Positions 22,736 through 34,469 of a DNA stretch of 52,495 nucleotides are shown one piece after another (position 1 is the stretch's first letter; each line of letters starts with the position of its first letter). The stretch spans positions 17,553,520-17,606,014 of the forward strand of contig CM119265.1 of the NCBI GenBank assembly GCA_051294375.1, given 5' to 3'. The notes beneath the pieces were generated by a model. That model saw only the letters and a list, made by a program, of their open reading frames with translations. It did not search any database and was not told the origin of the DNA. Source of the stretch: Paraspadella gotoi. Its lineage: Eukaryota > Animalia > Chaetognatha. The position numbers and the translations under genes are program-made.

Positions 22736-25700
22736 GAAAGATATATAAGGTGTCATGCTTATAGGCGGGGTGAACATAGGCAAGCCCCAACTACATATAT
22801 ATATATATGTCATAATATTGTAATATATTGTAGATATATATATAGAGAGAGAGAGCGGGGAGAAAGAGACCAAACCTAAACCTCAATTCCCCCACCAGGA
22901 GGCGCTAACCTCCGCTGGCAGCAAACTCCAGCGAGACCCATACGCTCGCTTCGCGCTCGTGCAACCGCGCTTCGGATTATTTCGATCCCTTGGCGCCTAA
23001 AGATTATCTTGACTTCCGGTTGAAAGCGAATACGCTCAGGGTCGTCCAGATTTAGGGGGATGAAAGAGTTAATCATGGAAATAAGGTTAAGACTTAAAAT
23101 TAAATAGCAACAGTAGACAGTAGATTAGAGTGGATTAGTGTATGCGATGTAATCTGTGTTAATCGTGATACTGGAACATCGTAGTAGGCAGAGAGGTGAG
23201 ATAAAGAAAAATGGGAACAATTTGTCTAAAAAAGAAAAATGTATTGATGCAGTTAAAAGAGAAAAGATTATATTTTAATATATTAGTTAACTTTTCTAGG
23301 CCACCTGAGTTCACGTCAGGAAAACGGCCGGCGTGGTTGCATGACAGCCCAGACCAGCCTGGGAAAAGCGAACCCGTTAGCGCGCTGACGGGGAACGGCG
23401 CCAACCTCAGGAACCGCACTCATAGACTTCCTGGAAAGTTCGAACAAGCCGCTGAAACTCAAGCTTCCCACCTAAGTATAGTCACTGCGCGGTTTGGATT
23501 TTTTGCATGGTTAAAAAAAAGTTTGGAATGAAGGTCATATCATATCATCATTTGCGAATAATGAATTGATTAGCGATAAGCCAAAATTATTACCCGCACG
23601 CCGCCCTTCGCCCGGCAGGAGGTCTACACCGCGCTAACCAGTGTGCGGGCGGGGCAACTCACAAGTGCTACCGAAGAACCAGGTTGCTGCGATAGGCCGG
23701 TAAAGATCTTCCAGTCCTATGGCGCCGGGGAAGAAATATGGGGCTTCATCCCAGCGACCTACGACATTTCATCTACCACCAAGACGGATAACGGGAGGAG
23801 GAGCCGCGACGAACATTTAACGCGGCCGTTTGAGGGGGGAAAGGGGGTTGGTGTGAGCGGGAAAGAGTGGCTAGAGAAATGGGTCGTTGGTGTTGTAGGA
23901 GTTCTTTTTTTTGGGGGGGGGAAGGTGGGCGTTGCGACAGAAACGATTGTCATGTCTATTTACCGAGTATTGTATCTACGGAATTATTAATAAAAAAGTA
24001 AAAAAAAATTTAGACGGTAAACGAATACGTGAAAGAATTAACACGAAAGCCAATTTTCGTTCACTCCTTTGATTTACACTTGATCGGATCATTATATCTC
24101 GCTTGTGTATTTAATAATTTGAAGAGTTGTAATTTTCATAACTCAAAATTAAGAAAAAAGAAAGAAGGAATTAACAGAGAAAGTAATGAGGAAGAAAAAC
24201 AGAAACAAGATGGACGGTTTGATGCATGTAGGATAGGACAGAAGGAGCCGAGTCTGAAATATCGATTTTTTCCTCCGCTGTCTCCTCGTCCGACTCTCTC
24301 TCTCTTCTGCTCTCTCTCGCTCTTCTCTCTCTCTTTCTCTCTCATCTCTCTCTCCGACTCTCTCTGTCTCTCTCCTTTCTGTTTCTCCCTCTCCTGTTTC
24401 TCTCTCTTCGTTTGCTGAAAGGCCAAAGGCTCCTCTGCTACAAAAACATGGCATGTAAATTGGAAATTGTCACAGTTCAATTTGTCCTTAGGAAGTCTCT
24501 CTTGGTTTTAAGCCAACAGTTTCGAAAACGAAAGTAAGGGACTCAGCACGAGCTACTAGTGAGCGGATGATATAATAATCGAAAATTTAGTTAGTTCAAA
24601 CAATCGGTCGGTGATTCGAATGCAAAAAAACTACATTTTAGTCTTATTTTTTATTATAAGTTTTGCATCGTCGTATTTCGTCGAAATCTCGTTCGTCCTC
24701 ATTCTTCGTCGTTTATTCCGCAGGGAGGTTTCGCCGCATTTTCCAGTTTTCTGAGGTTTCTTTTTTTTTCTTCTCTTCTTTGTCTTTTGTTTGGACTTCG
24801 ATGGAAAAACCTTTTGTTTTTCTTTAATTTCCCGGCGTGTTTTCCGTACCGCGGCTAATCAGGTAATGGGCGCCTCCGTCGACGAAACCCACCCGTCATT
24901 ACGCCGACGAAGCTCCGCCGTTCTATGTCTTTACTATCCGACTACTTACCCGACGCTCGACTCACCCTGCCCTCACCCATCGAGATGACGAAGACCAATG
25001 AAACAACTAAGAGGATCGAGGTCGGGGAAAAGGCGGAAAGAAATCCCGTTTCGAATTGCGTCTTGGATCATCTAATGGAGATCAAACTGGATACTACTAA
25101 ATAAATTATGTTAGTAGAATGGTTCTAAAAAAAAGTGTTCTTATTCTCTTACTTCTATTTTATAATTCTTCTAGGAGTCCTAACGTAGTTCTTAGAAATG
25201 CGAGGAAAGACTTTTTTCAATGGAGATTTTCGTTCAAAATCTGAACTACCAATAATTGTCAACGCCCCTGGACAAATTCGGTAAAAAAATAGATGTAAAA
25301 CACTTGATTCCGATCTGTTTTTTGGCATCTGAAGGGCTCGCATTTTTTTTTCTCTTGAACAATAACCATCATTTTGACCATTGAACCATTCGATTCAAAT
25401 GGACTGGTCCGCTCGGGAAAAAATATTTTTGAAGCGCATTTTTATTATATAAAATAAAGGGCTTTGCTCAACTTCAAAAAACCATTAACGGCATTTAAGG
25501 TATGTTGTCATTTTACAATAAACTTCGAATTCAGAGAATCCGATAGCAATAGTGTCTGAAGAGCTTCTTCAAATTTCTTTAGCATTTCAGTTTGGTTTAT
25601 TTTAGATATGATAGACAATCATATTAAAGATGAATTAGTCATATTTGCTGAAATTTTTATTTAAAAGTAAAAGTAAGAGAGGAGCTAACGATCCGAATTC

Positions 25701-26123
25701 TAAGTTTTCAACCGGGAGGTCAGATTCGGAAAATCTTATAGTGGCGAAATCTTCCAAGAAGGGGTGGATTTTCCGAAGATTTTGGTTATATAGTTTTCTA
25801 TATTTATGGTCGGAATTTGTTTTGAAACTTAAAAATGCATATTGCATCAATTCCTAGCATTGGCCGGTCAAAGATATATATTAAAAAAACCTCTGATTTT
25901 TTTTCGTAAGAGCTTAGTCCTACTTCTTTTATTTCTTCTCTTTTTCTGTTGATTTATTTCAGTTTGATTTTTTCCTTTGTTCTTCTTTGCTTTACTCCGT
26001 TTCTTTTTTTCTCTTCTTATCTCCATCAAATCTCTCGGCGTTCTTCTTTTCCTCCCTTTCCTTCCACCCCCCTCGTCCGGAGTCCCTAATCGAAGCGAAT
26101 GATTTTTAATGCGACCGGTCTTC

Positions 26124-26160
<37 letters not shown>

Positions 26161-29100
26161 GTGCGTCTCGTCTCTGCTCATGCTCCCTCTCTCTCTCTCT
26201 CTCCCCCCGCACCCCTATAAATCGTTCGCATTGAATTTTTAATGGCACCGAATTTTGTGCCACAGGGGGAAAATTTTGCAAAGTCGCTTCTGGAAGTCAG
26301 AGTTCGGGGCTGATTTCCGTCTGCCTCGGCTAGTGGCCTATCGGTGTAAGTCGCTTAACAACCGGCGTTTTACGGCAAAACCAGACAAACGAGAAAAGAA
26401 AAAGTTTTGAGGCGTATTTCGGTTAAACTTAAAGTTAAAGCAATTGCCAAATATGGAATGAAAGTCAAACCCTTCCTCGTTAAAGTTTTGGTTTCGCTTT
26501 ATTCTAGAGCACGACGAGGGAAAAGAAAAACCAGGAAATAAAAAAAAAAAATCATTTTGTTTTTTTGGAAAAAGTAAGAAAACGATTATCCAGAAATCTT
26601 TAACAATATCTTTTGGCTGTTTGTAATTAAATTTTCTTATTATCAACTTTATATTATTTTGTTTTACGCGATTTTCATTGATATTAACTTAATTCAGGTT
26701 AATCTATTAATTCTAACTTTTCCCCACAAAAAAAATTCGAACGTCAGGATTTCTTTTCATGTTTCTCTCTTAAGCTTCTGATTTTCCCATTCTCCCAAAC
26801 TAAAAGTCTCTCCTTTTCGGTTTTTCCTCTCCCTCGCGCATCATTTCGCCTCTATAAAGAACTCCCCTTGAATACTCTTCGTCTTAAGCTTCCGGTCGAA
26901 TCGCCACGCCCCCTAAGCCCGTCGGGTCAATCTTTACGCCCCTGGTCTTTCCAGGGGGTCGCAATTCCAGAGCGCAAATCCCCCTCGTGACAGCGGACGG
27001 GCCCACCCGGCCAGCCCCGGCACACTCAATCTCACCCCTATCGACAATTCTCTTCCATTCACCACATCACTCTTTCAGATCCAGCTGCACCTCTGCTGCA
27101 CTCCCAGCTCGCGTTTTCACCCCTGGCTATTCTCGACCTCGCTGTCGCGAAGGGCTTGCTCCCCCGGTCACGGCCGTCCACCCCAGCGGCCCTGCTTTTT
27201 TCGGGGTGCGGCCCGCTGTGGCCCGCGTTTTCGCTTTCAGGCTGCGTCTTTATCGCGAGCGACGCACAACGTCGACGCGCCTCGTGTACAGCTCCTCTCC
27301 TCCTACGCTCAATCCTCTATCTCATCAATCCTCAGCGCTCGCACGAACCTCCTTTGCCTTTTTTTATCTTTTATCATCGTCCGCCGACTTTCGCGCGCTT
27401 ACTTACTTTAACTTACATACTAACCTATTTTTTCTTTTTTTACTTTTAGGCACTTGAGTTTTAATTACAAATTACAAAGAAATTGCATTGTAAGAAAATT
27501 AGCATTGAGAAAGTAGCAAGAAATATGAAAGAGTTTTGAGGAAGTAAGAAGTAGGTCAATAGAAACCGGAGAAGAAGAGACGCATTTGTGCAATTTGTTA
27601 CGTCCTTTTCCTTCTCGCCTACCTTCTCGCTACCTGTGTATTCGCCCCTTGTTCCCCCTTCCTCGCCCACTTAAATACCCTCTTTTTTTTCCTTCACTAT
27701 CCCTTTTTTCCTTTTACATCCATCTCGCCTTTCTTTTCCCTTCGATATTTTCTCCTCCGCCGATGTTTCTTTTCGGGTGAGTACCCGAAAAAACCTCACC
27801 CTTTTCTCCATGACTCCTCATTCGCTTTCCTTCCTTTAAATCCTTGTGATTCAGTCTACAGACTGGTTCCTCACCTTTTAAATTTTCAATCGTTTCCCGG
27901 CTTTGAATCTCCGGGTTTCCAAATTACATTTACAACGGTTAATATATTTTCATAGTTTATCTATGTTATAGTATAAAAATATATTATAATTGTAGACACA
28001 TATATATACATTCTATGTATTGTATCACAAACAATATCAACCTGAGGGCCCAAACTCATGGCTCATCTGCTCCACATCTCCTCTCACCGAAGACCAATTC
28101 CCTATCCTTTCCGCCGAAAGTGGGCGTGGTCTGTCGATCTCCTTTCGGCCCGCCCAAAGTGTTGATCCCATCTGAGGAAAATAATACCAAACCAATCTCA
28201 GTTTCATTGCTGCTCCGCGATGGGCTCCGCCGACAATAATGTTGAAAGGGAAGAGCAAGAGTTTGGACTCGAAGATGGTGGTAAGTATATGTGGAGAATC
28301 GTGTGGTGTGTCCACGGCGAGAGTCTCAGTTCGTATCGATCTCGGTGACGCAGGGAATCCTTACTCTCGTGGCGAGAACTCTAAAGACCCATAACGCGAC
28401 TAATGGCGACCTGGGGACTAAAAACAGTTTCTTTTTTTCTCTTTTTTTTTTTCCATTCATTATCTGTCTCTTTTCATGTTCTTATTTCCTCTATCCTAAA
28501 CAAGTAAAAAGGAAAAAAGAAGATAGCTAGATTCCATAGACAGAAATTCAGAGAACGTAAGAGAGTAAGCGAAAAATAAGAAAAACCAACAAAGAAAGTA
28601 AAGAAAGCAAAAGAAAAGGAGGAGAGAACGATGAAGAAACGAAAGAAAGAAAGAAAGAAAGAATCAGAAGAAAAAAAAGAGAGACGTACAGAGGGCAGTT
28701 GATTCTAGAGCGCGAAGGTTGTGTCCAAGTACAAATATTCGTTTCGCCCATTAGCGAAGATCATCTTCCGCACCGTTAGTTTCCCTCCTCTTTCTATTTC
28801 TATCGAAATAAACTACGTGTTCCTCCTCCGCGAGTTCCTCCTCCCCCCCCTGCGCGATTTCCTCTCTTCATGTTTGCGGAGGTGGGACTGCAGGTTTAAA
28901 AGCCAGCGTCTTCTGCCCCGGTCGAAAGGTTTGACAGAAAAAGGGGACTTGAGAAAGTAAAGGAAGAAGGGAGAAGGGAGAAGGGAGAAGGAAGAGTAAG
29001 CAGGGAAGAGAGTTTGGAAATGGGAGGAACTTAGGAAAGGAAGGGCGAGCTAAAATAAGTTTCTCTTTCGTCCTCGGTTTCATGCAGAAAATCCTAACTG

Positions 29101-29782
29101 GACAGCGCGCTAATGTTTGGTCCGAGGGTTGACCAAACGACAAGTCAAGTATTTATGAGGAAACCGGAAAATTGTTGCTCGCAATCTTAATTAAGCCAGA
29201 CTTTATTAAATAAAAAAAAAAAAATTCACACCATGCTCTAACGGAGACAAACACTCGCCAGGGGGGGAAATGGGAAACGCCTAAACGCCAAGAAGCCGCC
29301 CCCCGCCCCCCGCGTTAATGAGAGCATCGACCCTTCTTGTCTTGGCTTCGACGAGACGTACGAATGCTTCTCAAATTTTTAAGCACCCGAACTACAGACA
29401 CGGAGAACGCGGGCCATCAGCCCATACTTTGACCGATATCACTTTTACGAGAAAGGAATACGCAAGATTGAATTTGCGAAACAAAAGCGCGAAAGCAACA
29501 AAATCTCCGAGAAACGAAAAAATAAAAAGATTGGGCTCTCTGGAGAGTTTCTGTATGTCCCTCACTTAACTGGTGCTGAGAGGAAGAGTCGACATTTCGA
29601 AGCGTGGAGGTCGTCCGCACCAGGGATGCGGAGCTTCGGGCTCGCGGTGGCCAGCCAATCTTCACGATCGAGCTGCAAAGAGCTATTATCTGAGCTGCTC
29701 GTATTTTCGTATTTTCAGCCGAAGTCGTATTCTGATTTCGCTCTTCAAATCGACGACGATTCAAGCGATTGAACTATCGACT

Positions 29783-29842
29783 ATTCGCAAAATCGCAAAT
29801 TCGCAAATCGCAAAAATTCGCAATCGCAAATTCGCAAATCGC
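29783..29842. repeat. Short tandem repeat (TCGCAAAT)-like, about 8 units
   Basis: ttcgcaaaatcgcaaattcgcaaatcgcaaaaattcgcaatcgcaaattcgcaaatcgc. Confidence 0.9.
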
Positions 29843-30719
29843 CACTCTGTCCGTTCGTCCACATAAGGGCCGTTTTGTCGACTTTTTCTTCCAGTGTCTT
29901 TATATTCTCGCCGATTATTCTTAACGTTTGCACAATTAAGTAAAAGATTTAAGATATGAAGGAGCGAGGAGGAGGAGGCAGGAGGAATTTTCACTCCGAT
30001 ATTGGGGTTCCAGGATTGGAAATGAATACACGTCGAATGATCGGCACAGAGACGCTCTCTAAGGCGGCGTGAGGTAAGGGGTGGAATGGAAGGGTATGCG
30101 AGTGCAAAGGGAGTCGAGGGTAAGAGGGGGCAGAAATTTTAATGAAAAAGTGAAAGATTTCGGGCTTTTAGTCTCGAATTCAAAGTTCAAATGTTCGAGT
30201 TCAAATGTTTTTATTTATCTCTCTAACACACCTCGTTTCCCTCCTTTCTTTATCTCTTCTAATCCTCCTCTCTCTCTCCTCCTCTCATCAGTCTCTCTCT
30301 CTCTCTCTCTCTCTCCTCTCTTCTCCTCTTCCTCTCTCTTTCTCTCTTCACTGCGGTAGAATGTGCACTTAACGTCACGTGCGTCCGTCTTGTCATCTGT
30401 AGTTCATCAAACGTTCGTTCGTTCGCCGTCTGTCGTCGTCGTCGTCATCGTCGTCGTCTGAGACCGCCGCCACCGCCAAGTCACGTAGGAAGGATGGAGA
30501 GCAGTAAAAGGGCATCGTTCGAGAGGGTGGAGAGGCGGAGAAGTTAAAGGCCGGGCGCACGTGGGCGGATGAGAGGAAAGGAAAGGTCACAGAAATTGAA
30601 CACTCGGGAAAGATGCGCACGGCGGCGCGTGACCGCGCGACATCAGACTTTAGGAAGAATGCGCTACCTCGACTTCATCTTTTCTTTTGCCAAATATATA
30701 GAGATGACTTCGATCGAGA

Positions 30720-30767
<48 letters not shown>

Positions 30768-33155
30768 TCATTAATCAATAATCGACGGGCTCAAATGAGG
30801 TGACGAATTCTGTTATGGAAGAAAATGATGAAAAATCCGCAAACGGAAAAGTTTTTTTTTTTTTTGGCAGAAAATGCATTTTTTTCGCGACTCAACCCCA
30901 CGAAGAGGGCTTAACACACCCGATTCAATCCTTGTAAATCAACGTCTGGAATTTCTCTCTCTCTCTCTCCTCTCTTCTCTCTCGTCTCTCTCTCTCTCTC
31001 TCTCAGTCTCATCTCATCTCGCGTCCTCCGGTCGTACTCTGCTCACTTTTTCTAATTCCGAAAGGGACTTTCCACCCATTGGTGTCCACCAACCGCTTCA
31101 ATTCGCACACTCTCTATCTTCAACGTTTCATTCTTCTAGAAGTGCAAATGGTATTCTAATCCAACTGCTCCCTCTTTTTTCTCCCCCTTTCCTCTTCCCA
31201 TCTTCCCATTCCCAATCCACCCTTATTTATTTTCGCTTCCTTGCCCTATTCTTGACACCTTGGGGCCTTTGCCAGGCCTCAAGAGTCAGAGAAGGCCCTC
31301 AATATGAAAGGCATTTGATGAGTGTATAATTCCGAGTCCTTTATTCTGGCCTTGAAAAAAAAATTGGAAAGGGCGGGGAGGGAGGAGAGAGATTGAAACT
31401 GGCGGTAGCAGGGAAGAAGTGGTTGTAGTGTAGTGAGAAGTGCGGTAGTGGAGGCGAGGTTGAGATGAACTCGGAAAAACCAAAAGATTAAATCACACTA
31501 AAAGATTATTGATGGCATCCGAAGATCGGGCGAGAGAGTAAGAGAAGAAGGAAAACGCGTCGAAGAGAGTCCAAGTAAAAAGGTTGGGACGAGATGGAGA
31601 TTGGATGGAGACAGGAAAAAAATAGAAGATCTTAGGAGAAAGGGGGAGGGGATAATGAAGAAAAAATAGCTTTTTCCTTTGCGGAACAAAAAGGAGATAA
31701 TTTCACTTCCTAGTGAGAAAGAAAATGATGAAAAGGCTTTCACGAACTGGAGGAAGGGAAAAATAGAGAGCGTTTCGCGAGGTACAGCGAGTCGCGCGTC
31801 TCGCTCGCGCCGGAAAAGAGGTACGGGCGCACGCGAAGCGATCCTTTCCTCCTAACAACACGGAAAGGGCGGCCATTACGCGTTGTGGGGTCACCGTGAA
31901 TCTCGGGCATACCGGGTCCCCTGTCGTGGCGACCGGCGGGTCTGGTACTCCGTCCAGGCCACAACGTCGAGGGCGGTGGTCGCCCCTCGTCGCAGCCACA
32001 CTAGGTGGCCGCGTTTGAGTTATCTTTACCCCCGGAGATTTTAGTGGATGGAGTATCCACACGCGAGAGGTTCCTTGATGGCAGTTCGTTGAGGTTTTGT
32101 AAATTATTAGGCCCCTTGCGCTCGAGCGACGGAGACATAATACAATAATTATAAGTTCAGGTAGTTATTTTTGCAGGGAAAGAAAGTCTAAAAGAGTAAC
32201 AAAGCTTGTAGTATGTATATCACTTTCAATCTGTGACAGCAATAATAAGTAACGTGACTGAAACGAGTTAAGTTCCTCTTTCTACAAGGGAGACTTCTAA
32301 AGAAGAAAAAAAACTTGACCAGTAATCTTATGAAATTGGTAACAATACCAATATAAAGCTTCCTACTCCGCGACCAACCAGAATAGCTGCTTCAGAAGTT
32401 CACTTCATAGTTGCCGTTGGAACCCATGAAGCCCGCCTCTACAGGGCTTACCGCCGCCATGCTTCTGCAAGTCTGGTTTTTGCTCTTCCGAGCCTTTAGA
32501 CCTTGCCCTTTTTCGGGTTTGACCTCCGTTTGCTTTCTTTTTTCTCACACCACCGTTCTCTGAGTCGAGGCATATTTCATTAATGCTGGCGTGCCAGAGG
32601 AACCTCCAACAGGGTCAGAAAGGAAATTGGACGCGTGCCACGTCAAGCCTCGGCTTGCCTCACGGTTTTATTGTCCTTGTTCAGAAAAGAAGAAAAGAAG
32701 AGAGAGAGAGAAAAGAGAGAAAGAAGTTGCCTCGTATCTGGCCTTTTATTATATTGAATGTAACCAACAATAATTAATATATATACAAACAGACTTAGAT
32801 TTTTTTCGCGCTTTGACCGGCAAAAATAGGGAGTAATAAGATGGAACAGAGGAAAACAAAAGACGGGAGAAATAAAGATGAAGAGGAAAACAAAAAAGAG
32901 GAAAATAAAGTGAAAGAGGAGAAAGAAATGAAGGAAGAGAAGAAAGAAAAAAAAATTTTTTTTTTGGTTCGAGATAGAAATTTGTTCTTTAATTTTTGCC
33001 TTCGTATCTAATAGTCATTAACAAAAGACTATACAATTTGAATATTATAATTTTATAGCTTCTTTCCCTTACTAATGTTGAAGACAGGTAAGCCTGAAAA
33101 AATTCATGGTTGATTTTTGACAATGCAGCGTTTTGGTTTCTTTTATTAACTAAAT

Positions 33156-34316
33156 AACAAAGTTATTGAGCAAACTACAATAATTAAGCAGGTAATAAGC
33201 TTACTCCGAGGATAAATCAACGTTAATTCTTACTTTCAATTTGTGATATTAACATAATAACAAATCGTAACATAAACAAAACTCTTAATAAATCTAATAG
33301 AAAAATCTTAAATCAATATGATCTATCACATTACCAGTAAGCTGGGCCAATCCAAACTTGGTAAAATTTTTGGCATAATTCGGTCAACTTGCATATTTGG
33401 GGAACTGGCATAATTGGTAACCAGGCATTATTGGTCAACTTGCATAATATGGTCAACTGGCATAATTGGTCAACGGCATAATTGGGGTCATCTGGCATAA
33501 TTTGGCACTTTATTTTTAAAATTGTCAACTGGCACATTTTGATCAACTGGCTTATTTTGTCACTGAATAATTTTATCACTAGGCAATTTATTTAGTACTT
33601 GCAGATTTGGTCCCTTAAAATAATTTGGTCCAACTGGCATATAATTGTCATAAATCAATCAATCAATCAATCAATCAATCCACCAACAACCAATCAACAA
33701 ATCAATCAATTCAATCAATCAGATCAATCAATCAATCAATCAAATCAGAGAGAGAGAAACTTTTTAAAAAATTCAAAATAATCGATCATTTGGTTTTCTA
33801 ATTTAACTCTTTTCCCACTCCTACGATCATCAAAAAATTTTATTCCAGCCTAATCACATACTTTCCTATCCAACACAAATAATTTCTTTTCGGTTTATTC
33901 GTCCAATTTTTAAATAAATATAAATAATTATAAGGAAATATAAGTAAAAATACTTTCAAGTAAATTGAGCTTTATTTTTTCCATTTAAAACTTATTTTCA
34001 CTCGCACGATTCCATCGAAACTTTAATATCAGCTCAATCACAACACTTTCTAACCCACAAACAAAAATTTCATTCCAATCCGATCCATCCAATCACGAGT
34101 ATGGAGTTTAAATGCTAAGTAAGGGACGGACAGAAGGACGGAATGACGGATGGAACGGCCGGACAGGACATCCAATTTCTTCTTAATTTATCATAATTTG
34201 ATGATCTGATAATGAAAATGCTTTTTAACTGAAACAAGATTTGGGGTGGGACAGACGGACTGACAAGTGAATATCAAGCGGGAATCTGCTGCTAAGCAAT
34301 CCGACTAAAAAAAAAA
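33156..34316 (+). mobile_element. Gap-free duplicate of the 779-2870 Helentron-like element (~1.16 kb)
   Basis: Same termini and internal arrays; joins the sequences at ~1983 and ~2789 with no intervening sequence. Confidence 0.6.
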
Positions 34317-34469
34317 GTAAACACGAAAATAAAGTTTCTCGTTGGCGTCAAAGAAAGAACACAATAATAGAAAAAAAGAAAAAAGCTAATGAAGGTCAGT
34401 GAAATTGATCTCAGTATCCGTTTAAACATTAAATTAAATCAAAAGAACCGAGTCGGTCGTACGTCAACA

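Noticed and set aside
22870-22915. Telomerase-template-like AAACCTAAACCT / CTAACC
   Set aside because: Too short, not 1.5 copies of a common telomeric repeat, and no supporting structure identified.
23430-23445. RNase P CR-I-like GGAAAGTTCG
   Set aside because: No CR-V partner to form P4 was found downstream.
23470-23490. U3 snoRNA-like start GACTATACTT on the minus strand
   Set aside because: No box A (GGATCATTTC) or boxes B/C/D follow.
25160-25860. Possible additional non-autonomous DNA element
   Set aside because: Repeat-like composition, but no TIR, TSD or second copy could be defined in this window.
29571-29622. Hammerhead-like arrangement TGGTG-CTGAGAG..TTCGAAG..CGTC..CACCA
   Set aside because: The core deviates at three places (CUGA-GA lacking N, GAAG instead of GAAA, two extra bases before stem I), so it is likely chance.
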